In this document: piece after piece, positions 10,551 to 20,648 of the stretch
How positions within the stretch are numbered: the stretch's first letter is position 1
Layout of the letters: each line of letters begins with the position of its first letter
Assembly (NCBI GenBank): GCA_963716175.1
Contig: OY970296.1
Span: 4,288,001 to 4,352,000, forward strand
Direction of reading: 5' to 3'
Source: an uncultured Armatimonadetes bacterium
GTDB lineage: Bacteria; Armatimonadota; Hebobacteria; Hebobacterales; Hebobacteraceae
DNA: 64,000 nucleotides
Made by a program: the position numbers and the translations under genes
The notes under the pieces: generated by a model
The model's database searches: none
What the model saw: the letters and a program-made list of their open reading frames with translations, nothing else
What the model was told of the DNA's origin: nothing

Positions 10551-10708
10551 GGCAGGAGACACGCTCCTGCACTACGGACTGCGGACTGTGGCAGGAGCCA
10601 AGCTCCTACCCAACATTGGTTCCTGCCCAATGTCTAGAACGGCCGGCGGGCATGCGGAGACATGCCCGCCCTACAGTGGCAGGAGCCAATCTCCTGCCCA
10701 ACCCTACT
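10551..10708. repeat. Cluster of REP-like hairpins
   Basis: Three GGCAGGAG-n4-5-CTCCT(G/A)C copies (10551, 10590, 10678) plus CGGCGGGCATG..CATGCCCGCCCTACAG (10644-10676). Confidence 0.7.
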
Positions 10709-10735
10709 TCGCAGAGGCCTCGTACGGCGAGCGCT

Positions 10736-11848
10736 TTAGCCTTTCATGCCGCTAAGCACAATGCCACGTACGAAGTATCTTTGACCAATGAGGAAGACGA
10801 TCAGCACCGGCAGCATGACGATGACGGAGGCGGCCATGAGCAGGTGATACTCGGTGGTGTAGCTGTCCTGGAAGTGGGCGAGCCCGATGGGGAGGGTCTT
10901 GAGGCCGAGCCGGTCCACCACCATCAACGGCCAGAGGAAGTCGTTCCAGCAGTGCAGGAAGGCGAAGGTGGTGAGGGTGGCGAGGGCCGGCTTGGCCAGC
11001 GGAAGGATGATGAAGCGATAGACCGCGAAGGGCGACGCGCCGTCAATCACGGCCGCATCCTCCAGCTCCCGGGGGATGGTCAGGAAGAACTGGCGCAGCA
11101 AGAAGGTGCCATAGGCGGAGAACATCGCCGGGAAGATCAGGGCGCTGTAGGTGTTGGTCATGTGGAGCTGGCTGAGCAGGGCGTAGATGGGCAGCATGAT
11201 CACGATCGCCGGCACCATGAGGGTGGCGAGGTAGCCGACGAAGAGATGATCGCGCCCGGGGAAGCGCAGCCTTGAGAAAGCGAAGGCGGCGAGGGAGCTG
11301 GTGAAGACGGTGCCAAAGGTGACGCAAATGGTCACGAAGATGGAGTTGAGGTAGAACACCAGGAACCCGTCCACATCGTGCGCCAGGCCGAAGAAGGCCT
11401 CCGCCACGCGCACGCCCTCCGCCCGCCAGGCCTCCCGGTAGTTCTCCCAGTGCAGCCGGACTTGGCGCATGGGAATGAGACTGCTCTCGGGCAGCAGACG
11501 CCGTTCTCCCGCCTGGGCGGGCGGAGCGATCACCTGCACCTGGACCCCCTGCGGCGAGTAACGGAGAATGGCGACCCGCAGGCTCTGCTCTCCCGCCACA
11601 TGGCCGGCGGGCAAGCCCCTGACCTCGGCCACGCGGCAGGTCTGTCCGTTGAGCTGGGTGGTGACGGGTTCGCTCGGGAGCCACCGCGGCGGGAACTCGA
11701 TGGCGTAGCCGGGGGCCTTGAGCGAAGTGGAGATCATCCAGGCGAAGGGCAGCAGCATGGTGACGCCGATGGTGGCGAGCGCCAGATAGGAGGCAGCCCG
11801 CAGGAGCAGGGAACGCCGGCGAGGCGATCTCGCGGGAGGCGCGCTCAT
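10736..11848 (-). CDS. Carbohydrate ABC transporter permease (MalG-like)
   Basis: EAA motif RELEDAAVIDGA, WNDFLWP, TLPIGL; start overlaps upstream stop (ATGA). Confidence 0.92.
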   Translation of the reverse strand: MSAPPARSPRRRSLLLRAASYLALATIGVTMLLPFAWMISTSLKAPGYAIEFPPRWLPSEPVTTQLNGQTCRVAEVRGLPAGHVAGEQSLRVAILRYSPQGVQVQVIAPPAQAGERRLLPESSLIPMRQVRLHWENYREAWRAEGVRVAEAFFGLAHDVDGFLVFYLNSIFVTICVTFGTVFTSSLAAFAFSRLRFPGRDHLFVGYLATLMVPAIVIMLPIYALLSQLHMTNTYSALIFPAMFSAYGTFLLRQFFLTIPRELEDAAVIDGASPFAVYRFIILPLAKPALATLTTFAFLHCWNDFLWPLMVVDRLGLKTLPIGLAHFQDSYTTEYHLLMAASVIVMLPVLIVFLIGQRYFVRGIVLSGMKG

Positions 11849-12840
11849 TCGTAGTGCACCAGACGCTGGCCGTAGCGCCAGTTGAGGAGGGTGAAGCTGA
11901 AGACGAGCAGGAAGAGCACGCAGGCGATGGAGGAGGCATAGCCGAGCTGGTGCCAGGCGACGGCGTAGTTGTAGATGTAGAGCATGAGGGTAGTGGTGGC
12001 GCCGGCCGGGCCGCCGCCGGTCATGAGGAAGGCGGCGGCGAAGAGGAAACTGCCCTGGAAGCCCGCGATGATGCTCATGGTGACCACGAAGAAAGTGGTG
12101 GGAGAGAGCAAGGGCCAGGTGATGTGGCGGAGGCGGGTCCAGGCGGTGGCGCCGTCGAGCGCGGCGGCCTCGTAGAGCTCCTCGGGTATGCCCTGGAGGC
12201 CGGCGAGGTAGAGCACGCAGTTGTAGCCGCCCACACCGGCCCACAGGGCCATGATGATGAAGGCCGGCTTCGCCCAGGCCAGCGAGCCGAGCCAATCCGG
12301 GGGATGAGCGACGCCCAGACTCATGAGCATGCTGTTGAGCAGGCCGATCTCGTTGGGCTGCTGATGGAAGATCCACTTCCACACGATCACCACCGCCACC
12401 GCGGAGGAGACCGTGGGCAGGAAGTAGATGGTGCGAAAGAGGGTGATGCCGCGCAGGCGCTGGTTCAGCAGCAGGGCCAGCAGCAGGGAGCCGACAATGC
12501 TGAGGGGGATGCCCAACATGAGGAATAGGGTGTTGCCGAGGTAGCGCCAGAACTCGGAGTCATTGGCCGCGAGATGGCCCGCCTCTCCATGCCAGCCCAA
12601 GAGGCGAAAGAAGTTCGCGGCAGCCACGAAGTGAACCTGCTCTGATAGCTGCCGCCAGCTTGAGATGGGAGAGAGCCCATAGTCGGTAAGGCTGAGCCCG
12701 AAGCAGGCCAGGATGGGCAGGAAGGTGAAGATGAGAAAGCCGAGCAGATTGGGCAAGAGGAAGGGCAGGGCCTGCAGCCAGGCCCGCCCGGCGCGGGACC
12801 GAGTCGGCGGATGAGAAGCGGAGAGGATGGGCTGCGGCAT
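11845..12840 (-). CDS. Carbohydrate ABC transporter permease (MalF-like)
   Basis: LAGLQGIPEELYEAAALDGA, RHITWPLLSPTTFF, MTGGGP. Confidence 0.92.
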   Translation of the reverse strand: MPQPILSASHPPTRSRAGRAWLQALPFLLPNLLGFLIFTFLPILACFGLSLTDYGLSPISSWRQLSEQVHFVAAANFFRLLGWHGEAGHLAANDSEFWRYLGNTLFLMLGIPLSIVGSLLLALLLNQRLRGITLFRTIYFLPTVSSAVAVVIVWKWIFHQQPNEIGLLNSMLMSLGVAHPPDWLGSLAWAKPAFIIMALWAGVGGYNCVLYLAGLQGIPEELYEAAALDGATAWTRLRHITWPLLSPTTFFVVTMSIIAGFQGSFLFAAAFLMTGGGPAGATTTLMLYIYNYAVAWHQLGYASSIACVLFLLVFSFTLLNWRYGQRLVHYE

Positions 12841-12851
12841 GGCCGGGAGGG

Positions 12852-13163
12852 CTAGTTCTCGCCCACCTCGTCGGAGGCCGGCGGGTAGTTGAACGAATCT
12901 ATCTCTTGACCGATGAAGACGGTGATGATGAACTGATCGCGCTCGAAGCTGGGCAGGTAAGAGGACACGATGTCGTCATCGAGCTGGGAGAAGAGCTCCT
13001 GGCGTTCCTCCTCGTCGAGTGGGGCCTCCAGGAAGAGATCGGCCTGGACAGAGGCGTCGGAATAGTGCAGGTCAACCTGGCCGACGCGGCGCTCGCCGTC
13101 CCAGATCACGTAGATCTCGGACGACAGCGTACGCAAGAGGCGCACCAGGCGGTAGCGGTTCAA
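12852..13163 (-). CDS. Small acidic hypothetical protein
   Basis: TTG start with GGGAGG RBS; LNRYRLVRLLRTLSSEIYVIWDGERRVGQVDLHY...; the longer ORF runs through a REP. Confidence 0.6.
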   Translation of the reverse strand: MNRYRLVRLLRTLSSEIYVIWDGERRVGQVDLHYSDASVQADLFLEAPLDEEERQELFSQLDDDIVSSYLPSFERDQFIITVFIGQEIDSFNYPPASDEVGEN

Positions 13164-13226
13164 GCTGCCCTCCCATCGGAGCCTGCGAGTTGAGTTCGGC
13201 ATGGGGAGGCGCGGTCCTGCTCGACG

Positions 13227-13283
13227 GCACAGGCTGGGAGCCTGTGCTACCATCTCAAGACACAGGCTGGGAGCCTGTGCTAC
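13227..13283. repeat. Tandem REP-like palindromes
   Basis: Two copies of CACAGGCTGGGAGCCTGTGCTAC (13228 and 13261). Confidence 0.85.
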
Positions 13284-13359
13284 TGACCCGCGGACAGGAC
13301 CGGCGGCCCTGGCAGCGAATCGCCCAGGACGATATGTCTGCTTGTGCTGGCCGATCCGC

Positions 13360-14730
13360 ATGACCCCATCTCGCCCGCGAGGAGCGGCGCTGCTCGCCTC
13401 CGTCAGGGGCGTGCTCGGAGAGGTGCTGAACCCAGCCGCCTACCGCGATGTCGCCTCCCGCGCCAAGTATCCTGCGGGGGCGGTGCTGGTCTCCTACACC
13501 TTGCTGAACTTCGGCCTCACGGCCCTCCTGAGCCAGCTACTCGGGTCTCGCCACTTCGGCGAATTCGTGGTGGTCATCACCATCGCGGGCATCTTCCGGC
13601 TGCTCGCCAGCTTCTCGGTGGAAGCGGGCGTGCCCAAGTTCATCGCGGAATCCAGCCAAAGCAGCCAGGCCGAGATGAAGGGGTACTACGGCGCCGCCCT
13701 CGCCACGCGCCTGACGGGTGGCCTGGTGTCGCTGCTCCTCGCCGGCGCGCTCGCGGGTTGGGTGGTAGGGCTGTATGGCTTCCCGCACCTGTCCTCATCC
13801 GTGATAGCGGCCGCGCTGTACCTCTGCCTGCTATCGCCGCTGGCCTCGTTCTTTCTGGCCTGTATCCAGGGCCGCGAGCAGCCGACACGATGGTCGAGAG
13901 CGACGCTCGTCAACGCCCTCCTGGTGCTCCCGGCGGCAGTGACTGGGGCCGCGGGCTGGTCGCGCTGGGGACTACCAGGGCTCTTGCTGTGTCTCGCTAT
14001 CGGCTGGGCCGGCGCGGTCCTCGCCTCCGGGCTCTCGGCCCGCCGCGCGATGGGGTTCACCTGGGCGGCACCGGACTGGCCGCACCTCCGGGTGCTGGTG
14101 CCCTTTCTGCTCCCCCTCTGGCTCGGCGACCTGATCTCGCTCGGCACTCATATCATCCTCAAGTCGTACCTCGCCCTGAAGACCGGCCCAGTCTCCGCGG
14201 GCCAGTTCGAGATCGCCCTCACCCTGCTGTTCCAGGTCGGCACCCTCTACCAGGCCATCATGATTGTCTTTCTGCCGACCTGGGCCAGGCTCTATGCGGG
14301 GCAGCATGGCGCGACGCTCCTGCGCTCCTTCTCCCGCGCCCGCGGCGTCGTCCTGGGCATGGCGTCGTTCTTCGGGCTGGGGCTTGCGCTCGCCGGGCAG
14401 TGGGTGATCCCGCTCATCTTCGGCCGCGATCAGATCGGAGCCGTGCCGGCCGTCCGCGTGATGGGGCTGATCATGCCCCTCACGTTCCTGAGCTGGATCA
14501 CCTTGTCCGTCTTCGTGATCTCCAACCGAACTGCCACCTCTGCCCGCGCCAACATCCTCTGGTTCTCCATCGTCGTCCCCGCGGCGCTGCTGCTGATCCC
14601 CCGGCTCGGCTCGCTCGGCGCCTCGCTCTCCTTCCTGTTCGGGTACATCGGATTCACCTGGTACGTGGTGTCCCGGGCGCGCCCGTTCTTCACACGGTTG
14701 CGGATATGGGCGGACCTGAGCCCCCAGTGA
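13360..14730 (+). CDS. Oligosaccharide flippase (Wzx/MATE-like polysaccharide biosynthesis protein)
   Basis: About 12 TM segments; LLGSRHFGEF, FLPTWARL, LLIPRLGSLGA patterns. Confidence 0.75.
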   Translation: MTPSRPRGAALLASVRGVLGEVLNPAAYRDVASRAKYPAGAVLVSYTLLNFGLTALLSQLLGSRHFGEFVVVITIAGIFRLLASFSVEAGVPKFIAESSQSSQAEMKGYYGAALATRLTGGLVSLLLAGALAGWVVGLYGFPHLSSSVIAAALYLCLLSPLASFFLACIQGREQPTRWSRATLVNALLVLPAAVTGAAGWSRWGLPGLLLCLAIGWAGAVLASGLSARRAMGFTWAAPDWPHLRVLVPFLLPLWLGDLISLGTHIILKSYLALKTGPVSAGQFEIALTLLFQVGTLYQAIMIVFLPTWARLYAGQHGATLLRSFSRARGVVLGMASFFGLGLALAGQWVIPLIFGRDQIGAVPAVRVMGLIMPLTFLSWITLSVFVISNRTATSARANILWFSIVVPAALLLIPRLGSLGASLSFLFGYIGFTWYVVSRARPFFTRLRIWADLSPQ

Positions 14731-14902
14731 GCCGGGTCGCGCCATTCACGCTCCGACCGCGCCGTGTTGTCATGGCAAGTGTCTAACCTGAGCGCTCACC
14801 GGTGTTGCCCTGCCAGCAGGAATGGTATAGGCTGGGGTGACACCAACGGCCGATGCTGCGCCGTCGGCGTTCGACGTGTGCCGAAAGAACGAGAGCGCTG
14901 GC

Positions 14903-15967
14903 ATGAAGGTACCATGGGATCGCGGAGGCCTGCGCACCTACCTGGTGCTGCTTGCCCTGGCCTTGTCGCAGCCCGGGCAGAGAGCGATCTGGTGGGGGGT
15001 GCCGTTGCTGGCGCTGGGACTGGCGCTACAGATCTATGCCAAAGGCTCCCTGCGGCAGAACGAGGTGGTGAGCAGAGCAGGGCCCTATCGCCTGATCCGC
15101 CACCCGTTCTATACGGCGAACCTGCTGATAGACGAAAGCATCGCCCTGATGTCGGGCTGGTGGCCGCTGGTCGTCCTGCTACCGATATGGTGGTTGCTCG
15201 TCTACTGGCCCGTGATGCGACAGGAGGAGCGCCGCCTGTGCGAGCTCTTCGCGGAGGTCTACCCCGAGTACCAAAGGCGGACCTCCAGGCTGATCCCCCT
15301 GAGGCGGCCGACCCCAGGCGAGGGCCCGGGATTCTCCTGGCAGAACCCAAACATCTCAGCCGACACCGTCATCCCCCGCGCGCTCAAGCTCCTGTCACTT
15401 CCCCTGATCTTCTTCCTGTGGCGCGAGATCAGAACCAACGGGACCAGCCTCCTCGCGGCGGAGAGAGGCCCCTGGCTGTGGGCGGCACCCTTGGTGGCGG
15501 GCCTGTACGGCCTCGCTGTAATCCTGACGCGTCATCTCAGAGACCAGCGGCGCATCCTGCCAGAGGCCGCGTCGTCACCGGGATGCCGGCTCTTGGGGGC
15601 GCTGATGCTGCTCGCAGTCGCGGGAAGCCTTCACCGCCTGGAGTGCGAGTCTGGCATTCTGCTGACCCTGGCCGGGGGCTTGGCTATGGGTGCGTCGGTG
15701 GCACTGTACCTCGGGAGCGCGCGGTTGCGGCTGGCGGCAGAGGGGGTCGCACTGGCCGCGGCCATGGTGCTGTGCGAGCTGCCCTGGCTGGCGGTAGTGC
15801 CTGTCCTGCTGTATGCCGCGCTCGTGCTCGACCAGCGCCAGTTGGGCCCGTCTGGCCGGCCTGAGTTGGCAGCTCACGGTGCGCTGCTGAAGTCGGGCTA
15901 CATCGCGCTTTACCACTGCATAGCCGCAGCGGGAATAGCCGTGGCAACAATCAAGGAGCTGCTGTAG
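14903..15967 (+). CDS. Isoprenylcysteine/phospholipid methyltransferase-family membrane protein
   Basis: GPYRLIRHPFY and EERRL..F...Y..Y.RRT.RLIP motifs, plus a C-terminal TM extension. Confidence 0.8.
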   Translation: MKVPWDRGGLRTYLVLLALALSQPGQRAIWWGVPLLALGLALQIYAKGSLRQNEVVSRAGPYRLIRHPFYTANLLIDESIALMSGWWPLVVLLPIWWLLVYWPVMRQEERRLCELFAEVYPEYQRRTSRLIPLRRPTPGEGPGFSWQNPNISADTVIPRALKLLSLPLIFFLWREIRTNGTSLLAAERGPWLWAAPLVAGLYGLAVILTRHLRDQRRILPEAASSPGCRLLGALMLLAVAGSLHRLECESGILLTLAGGLAMGASVALYLGSARLRLAAEGVALAAAMVLCELPWLAVVPVLLYAALVLDQRQLGPSGRPELAAHGALLKSGYIALYHCIAAAGIAVATIKELL

Positions 15968-16130
15968 CGCTGCTCTCCTGATGACTCCTCCTTCTGTTGC
16001 AGTGACCTGCCGCAAGCCTCAGAATGTCTCGGATGGCCTTCTGCCTGGAGAACCCGCGCTGCCGCGGTCACCGGATTGCAGGATGCCCTTTGTGCTCGAC
16101 CTCCCCCCAAGTCCCGCTGAGGCCCGCCCG

Positions 16131-17159
16131 TCAGATCGCTATCTCCACGAACTGCCCAGTCCTGGCGGATTGATAGCAGGCGTCCAGAACCGCCACCGTC
16201 CGGAGCATATCGTCTGCGCGGCGGCGATCGAGCTTCTCCCGCCGCAGCGCCCTCTCCGCTAGCAGCTCGACCTGGCGCGCATAGGTGTTCACCTGCTGAT
16301 AGGGGATGGGCCGGCGGCTGCCTCGGCCCTCCGCCTCGCGGTAGATGGTGGCCTCCCCATCCGAGCCCTGGGTCATGGTGCCATCGCTGTGGATGGCGCC
16401 GGAGGACCCGTAGAGATCAAGGCGATTTGGCATGATCTCACCCGAGGCTGCGAAGGAGGCGACGAGAGTGCCGTGCACGCCGCTCTCGAACTCCAGCAGC
16501 ACGGTGCCCACATCTTCGACCGGGTAATCGTGTACGAAGGTGCCGACGCGACAGGCCACCCTGGCGATGGGGCCCAGCAACATCTGCACCAGGTCAACCA
16601 TGTGGCAGCCAACGTCCATGAGCGAGCCGCCCCCGCCCAACACCGGGTCCTGCCTCCAGTCGCCTGCGATCCGAGGATAGCTGAAGGACCACAGGCCATG
16701 GACATAGAGCGGCTTGCCTATGGCAGCCTCCCGGAGCAGACGCAGTATCTCCAGGTGCGCGCGGTGATGCCGCAGCATGTAGGCATCCTGCAACAGGACA
16801 CCGGCCTCCAGGCAGGCCTGCACCATAGTGCGGGCCTCAGCCAGATTCCTGGCCAGGGGCTTCTCGCAGAGCACATGCTTGCCGGCTCTGGCGGCTGCGA
16901 CTACCTGCTCGGCGTGGAACTGAACCGGGGTGGCAATGTAGACGGCGCCGACGTCCTCTCTGCAGAGCACCTCCTCCACACTGGTGGTGGCATCAACTCC
17001 ATACTTGCGGCCGAGCTCAGCGGCCCCCTTGACATCCATCACGACGGCGAGAGTCGAGTTGGCGATCGTGGGGAACACGGGCAGCGTCCTGCGGTCGGCG
17101 ATCCCGCCCGCCCCGATCACGCCCCAGCCTACCTTCTCCATGCTGCGCTTTCTCCTCAC
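16131..17159 (-). CDS. Gfo/Idh/MocA family oxidoreductase
   Basis: GVIGAGGIA, YIATP, CEKP, GGGSLMDVGCH. Confidence 0.92.
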   Translation of the reverse strand: MRRKRSMEKVGWGVIGAGGIADRRTLPVFPTIANSTLAVVMDVKGAAELGRKYGVDATTSVEEVLCREDVGAVYIATPVQFHAEQVVAAARAGKHVLCEKPLARNLAEARTMVQACLEAGVLLQDAYMLRHHRAHLEILRLLREAAIGKPLYVHGLWSFSYPRIAGDWRQDPVLGGGGSLMDVGCHMVDLVQMLLGPIARVACRVGTFVHDYPVEDVGTVLLEFESGVHGTLVASFAASGEIMPNRLDLYGSSGAIHSDGTMTQGSDGEATIYREAEGRGSRRPIPYQQVNTYARQVELLAERALRREKLDRRRADDMLRTVAVLDACYQSARTGQFVEIAI

Positions 17160-17183
17160 CCGGGCTCACTGGGCCGCGGGCGC

Positions 17184-18230
17184 TCAGATCAGCCGCACCA
17201 GCTCTGGCAGCCAATCATCGAAGCCGCGCATATCGTAGCTGAAGGTGCAGAAGCCGGAGGCGCCGACCTCGCGGGCGGCCTTGATCTGCGCGGCCAGCTC
17301 CTTCGGGGACGGCAGCAGGAACGCGCCCAGGCCGGCATAGACCGGAACCTTGCCGCGCACAAACCCCACCTGCTGCTGCACCGCGCGACGCACGCACTCG
17401 ACATCGGGGGAGTAGTCCATGGGGCAGATGAAGTCCAGCCATCCCTGCTCCACCCAGTGGAACCAGTCCTGCGCCACCTCGCGCAGAGCGCCCCAGGTGC
17501 TGGCCCAGGAAGCAAGAGAGACCTTGACCCCGGGCTTCAGCCGGCGCGCCTCCTGGGAGATCTCCTGCACCAGAGAAGAGATCAGGTTGCGGCGGAAATC
17601 CGCCCAGGGCATGACCCAGGCACCTCTATCATGCCAGCCAGTTCCCAGCACGTCCTCCGGGTAGTTCACGTTCTTGGCGCCGGTCCGCTTCTCGAATAGG
17701 GCCTTGCAGCGGGGGCAAAAGCAGAACTGCCGACCGGGGAAGCGCATGTAGTCGAAGTGAATGCCGTCGGCCTGGTAGCGGGTGATCAGCTCCAGCATGG
17801 CCCGCTTCTCGATCTCCCGGTTGCGCTCATCCGAGGGGCACATCCAGTGACAGCCCTGTCCCACCTCGGAGGCCGGCTTGCCCTCCGGGTTCAATTGCAC
17901 GCGTCCGTCCCGCACGAACTCCTCCAGCAACTCCTCGGGGGCGCGCCACATCGCCCAGTTGATCCGCCAGACATGAACTTCGATGCCATGCTCCCTGGCT
18001 GCTTCGAGGCAGAGGGCCAGCTCATCCCGCCGGGTGGCGGGCGCCGGCTCGTCGCGCCGTCTCGGCGCCACCCAGGGCAGCACTTCGCTGTCATACAGAG
18101 CGGTGCCGCCGGTGCTCATGCACGGGAAGATCTTGGTGAACCCATGCTTGCTCAGGTTGGCCATGATCGCCTGCCAGTCACGCCCCGGGCGGTCCTGCAT
18201 CCAGGTCGTGCGCGCAAAGCCGTCAGACAT
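17184..18230 (-). CDS. Glycoside hydrolase GHL10 (DUF187)-like protein
   Basis: GIEVHVW, DGIHFDYMRFP, QDW..W...GWLDFICPMDY. Confidence 0.8.
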   Translation of the reverse strand: MSDGFARTTWMQDRPGRDWQAIMANLSKHGFTKIFPCMSTGGTALYDSEVLPWVAPRRRDEPAPATRRDELALCLEAAREHGIEVHVWRINWAMWRAPEELLEEFVRDGRVQLNPEGKPASEVGQGCHWMCPSDERNREIEKRAMLELITRYQADGIHFDYMRFPGRQFCFCPRCKALFEKRTGAKNVNYPEDVLGTGWHDRGAWVMPWADFRRNLISSLVQEISQEARRLKPGVKVSLASWASTWGALREVAQDWFHWVEQGWLDFICPMDYSPDVECVRRAVQQQVGFVRGKVPVYAGLGAFLLPSPKELAAQIKAAREVGASGFCTFSYDMRGFDDWLPELVRLI

Positions 18231-18479
18231 GTCGGTCCCTCCTTGCTGCTAGGTGAAGCTGCAGTGCCAGAGGTTCCACGCGGGGTCGGCCTCACCTCTG
18301 ACCGGGAACGCGTAGGGAAATGCGTAAGGACCATCGCAGTTCCCGCACGCAGGCAGCATGCGAGTGCTCAGCGGGTGTGACTAGGGGGCCTCGTCCCCCG
18401 AGGCGACCCGGCATCGGCCAGAGGACCGGGCTTCCACCGAGGCCGCGGCGCCTATGCAAGGCACGCCGCTGACGCGGTC

Positions 18480-19532
18480 TCAGGCCGCCCGGCGCAGGAT
18501 CTTCACGGGCCGGCCGCTCTGTGCGCTCCTCCATACCGCTTCACTCACCCGCAAGGCCTCAGCGCCATCGTCCAGGCTGGCCGATGGGCGGGCGCCGGTG
18601 AGCAGGCACTGCGCGAAATGCTCCAGCTCTCCTACATACCCGCACAGCGCCGTCCCGCTGGTGACCGAGATGAAGTTGGGCCTGAGGGCGCGATAGGCGG
18701 CGCCGAATGCCGGCTGCGGCCCCGGCCGCCAGTCCTGGGCGGCATAGTGGGTAACAGAGAGCATGTTCTCGACCGACAGGCTTTCGCCCACGCCGCTAGC
18801 GTCGAGCCGCTCGGTGATGTCCCGCCAGGGCTCGGCATGGTCCAGGCTGTTGAGATCGAGGGTGCCGACAGCGCCGGAGGCGAGCTCGACGCTGATCGCA
18901 TAGGCGAACCGGTACTTGGTCACGGCGTGCAGCCGCGCGTGCACCTGCGAGACATCTCCGCCCACGAACCGCATCAGATCGAAGATATGCACGACCTGGC
19001 CGACGAGGAAGGCATGAGGCGCGTCCAGCCCCCAGATGTCCGGATACTCGCCCTGGGTGAACTGAAGATGGAAGTGGTGCAGGCCGCCGAAGGCGGGCGC
19101 TTCCATCAGGCTCTTGGCCAGCAGGTAGGCGGGAGCGTGCCGCTTCATGAATGCCACCATGCCCCCGAGATCGGCGCGCCGCGCGGCATCGGCAAGTCGC
19201 CGCGCGTCCCGCGCGTTCATGGCCGACGGTTTCTCGACAAAGATGGGCAGGCCACGGCGCAGCACTTTCAGCCCCACCTCGAGATGCATCTGGGGTAGGC
19301 CGCAGATGCAGACGCCGTCGAGCGACTCCTGGTCGAGCATCACCTCCAGGTCGGTATACCAGCGATCAGCGCCATAGCGTTTGGCGGCCCGCTCCGCGCG
19401 GTCGGCCTGAAGGTCACAGACGGCCACAAGCTGGGCGCTGGGGGCCTGGACCAGGCTCGGGTACAGAACGCGGGTAGCGTGGGAGCCAGCGCCCACGAAT
19501 CCGATGCGAGCTAGCCTGTCATGCTTCATCAT
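18480..19532 (-). CDS. Gfo/Idh/MocA family oxidoreductase
   Basis: GFVGAGSHA, FVEKP, AFMKR, VHIFD. Confidence 0.9.
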   Translation of the reverse strand: MMKHDRLARIGFVGAGSHATRVLYPSLVQAPSAQLVAVCDLQADRAERAAKRYGADRWYTDLEVMLDQESLDGVCICGLPQMHLEVGLKVLRRGLPIFVEKPSAMNARDARRLADAARRADLGGMVAFMKRHAPAYLLAKSLMEAPAFGGLHHFHLQFTQGEYPDIWGLDAPHAFLVGQVVHIFDLMRFVGGDVSQVHARLHAVTKYRFAYAISVELASGAVGTLDLNSLDHAEPWRDITERLDASGVGESLSVENMLSVTHYAAQDWRPGPQPAFGAAYRALRPNFISVTSGTALCGYVGELEHFAQCLLTGARPSASLDDGAEALRVSEAVWRSAQSGRPVKILRRAA

Positions 19533-19545
19533 TGCCTCCGGTTGG

Positions 19546-20442
19546 CTACGGCGGCGCAAGGGTGATGCGCTTCCCGCCTTGCTGCTGCGACCGCTTGCCC
19601 GCAGCCAGGATAGTGATTATCTCCAGCGTCGTTTCCAGAGGTATCGGCATTTCTCTCGTCTCGACCATGTGCACGAACGCGGCGATCATCGTCTGGTAGA
19701 AGTATCCCGCGTCCTCGACCCGGACATGGGCCGCCCCGCGCTCACCAAAGAAGGAGGCCTGGAAGCCAGGGGACGCCGACCCCAGTACCTGGAGCATGAT
19801 GGAGCGGCCGTCAGGATAGGCGCACCGCACCAAGGCGCGTTCCTCGTCCCCGATGTTCTGCACCCATTCGACCCCGGGGCCCATCACGGTGTGGGCGAGC
19901 TCGAGGGGGTGAATGCCGTAGAAGACCAGCTCGTTCGGGCCGGTCGCCGTGGCGCAGACGATGCGGCCGATCCCCGCGATCTCCTCGCGCGCCTCCTCCA
20001 GCTCCCTGGCATAGCGCAGAGCGGAGCAGGACATCATGGGCGCGCCGGACTGCCGCGCCAGCGCGATCAGCTCGGCGGCCTCGGCGGGATCGGGGCTGAA
20101 CGGCTTGTCAATGAAAGTGGGGATGCCGGCGGCGAGGAAGGGGCGGGCCCGCCTCTGATGCGCCATGGTCACATCGTCCGGAATCATGACACCATCGGCG
20201 CAGGGGATAGCCGACTCCATGTCTGCGAGCACCTGGGGGATGCCTGCGAGATCGGCCAGCCGCTGCGCCTGATCGCGATCCGGGTCCCAGATCGCCACCA
20301 CCTTTGCCCCTGCGAGCGGTTCCCGATCATAGGCGGGCATGCCGGCCTCGGCCCAGGCGCGACGGTCGTGGTCATTCACCAGGCCGGCGAAAGAACGCGC
20401 GTGCCAGTGGGCGGCGCCGCCGAGGAGTGCGATTCGCACCAT
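19546..20442 (-). CDS. Gfo/Idh/MocA family oxidoreductase
   Basis: FIDKP, SCSALRYA, YGIHPLE. Confidence 0.85.
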   Translation of the reverse strand: MVRIALLGGAAHWHARSFAGLVNDHDRRAWAEAGMPAYDREPLAGAKVVAIWDPDRDQAQRLADLAGIPQVLADMESAIPCADGVMIPDDVTMAHQRRARPFLAAGIPTFIDKPFSPDPAEAAELIALARQSGAPMMSCSALRYARELEEAREEIAGIGRIVCATATGPNELVFYGIHPLELAHTVMGPGVEWVQNIGDEERALVRCAYPDGRSIMLQVLGSASPGFQASFFGERGAAHVRVEDAGYFYQTMIAAFVHMVETREMPIPLETTLEIITILAAGKRSQQQGGKRITLAPP

Positions 20443-20580
20443 CTTGCCTATCTCCCTGGAGGATATGGGCCTGCGAGATTCCACGCCGCCAGCGCATTCC
20501 CCTCGCCGGACATGAGGCCGCGGCACACCTCACCAGGTGCTGTGGCGCTCGGCGGGCGCAGTCACCGCGCTGACACGCGG

Positions 20581-20608
20581 GCGGAGTCCGCCCTGAAGCG
20601 GACTCCGC
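20581..20608. terminator. GC-rich stem-loop downstream of pilin-like paralog 1
   Basis: GCGGAGTCCGC-CCTGAA-GCGGACTCCGC. Confidence 0.7.
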
Positions 20609-20648
20609 CGTTATCCCTCATGCCGTCAGTCAAGCGCCCAGAACCGGA

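Noticed and set aside
13227-13283. Possible CRISPR array
   Set aside because: Only two units with a ~10-bp gap, REP-like palindrome, no cas genes
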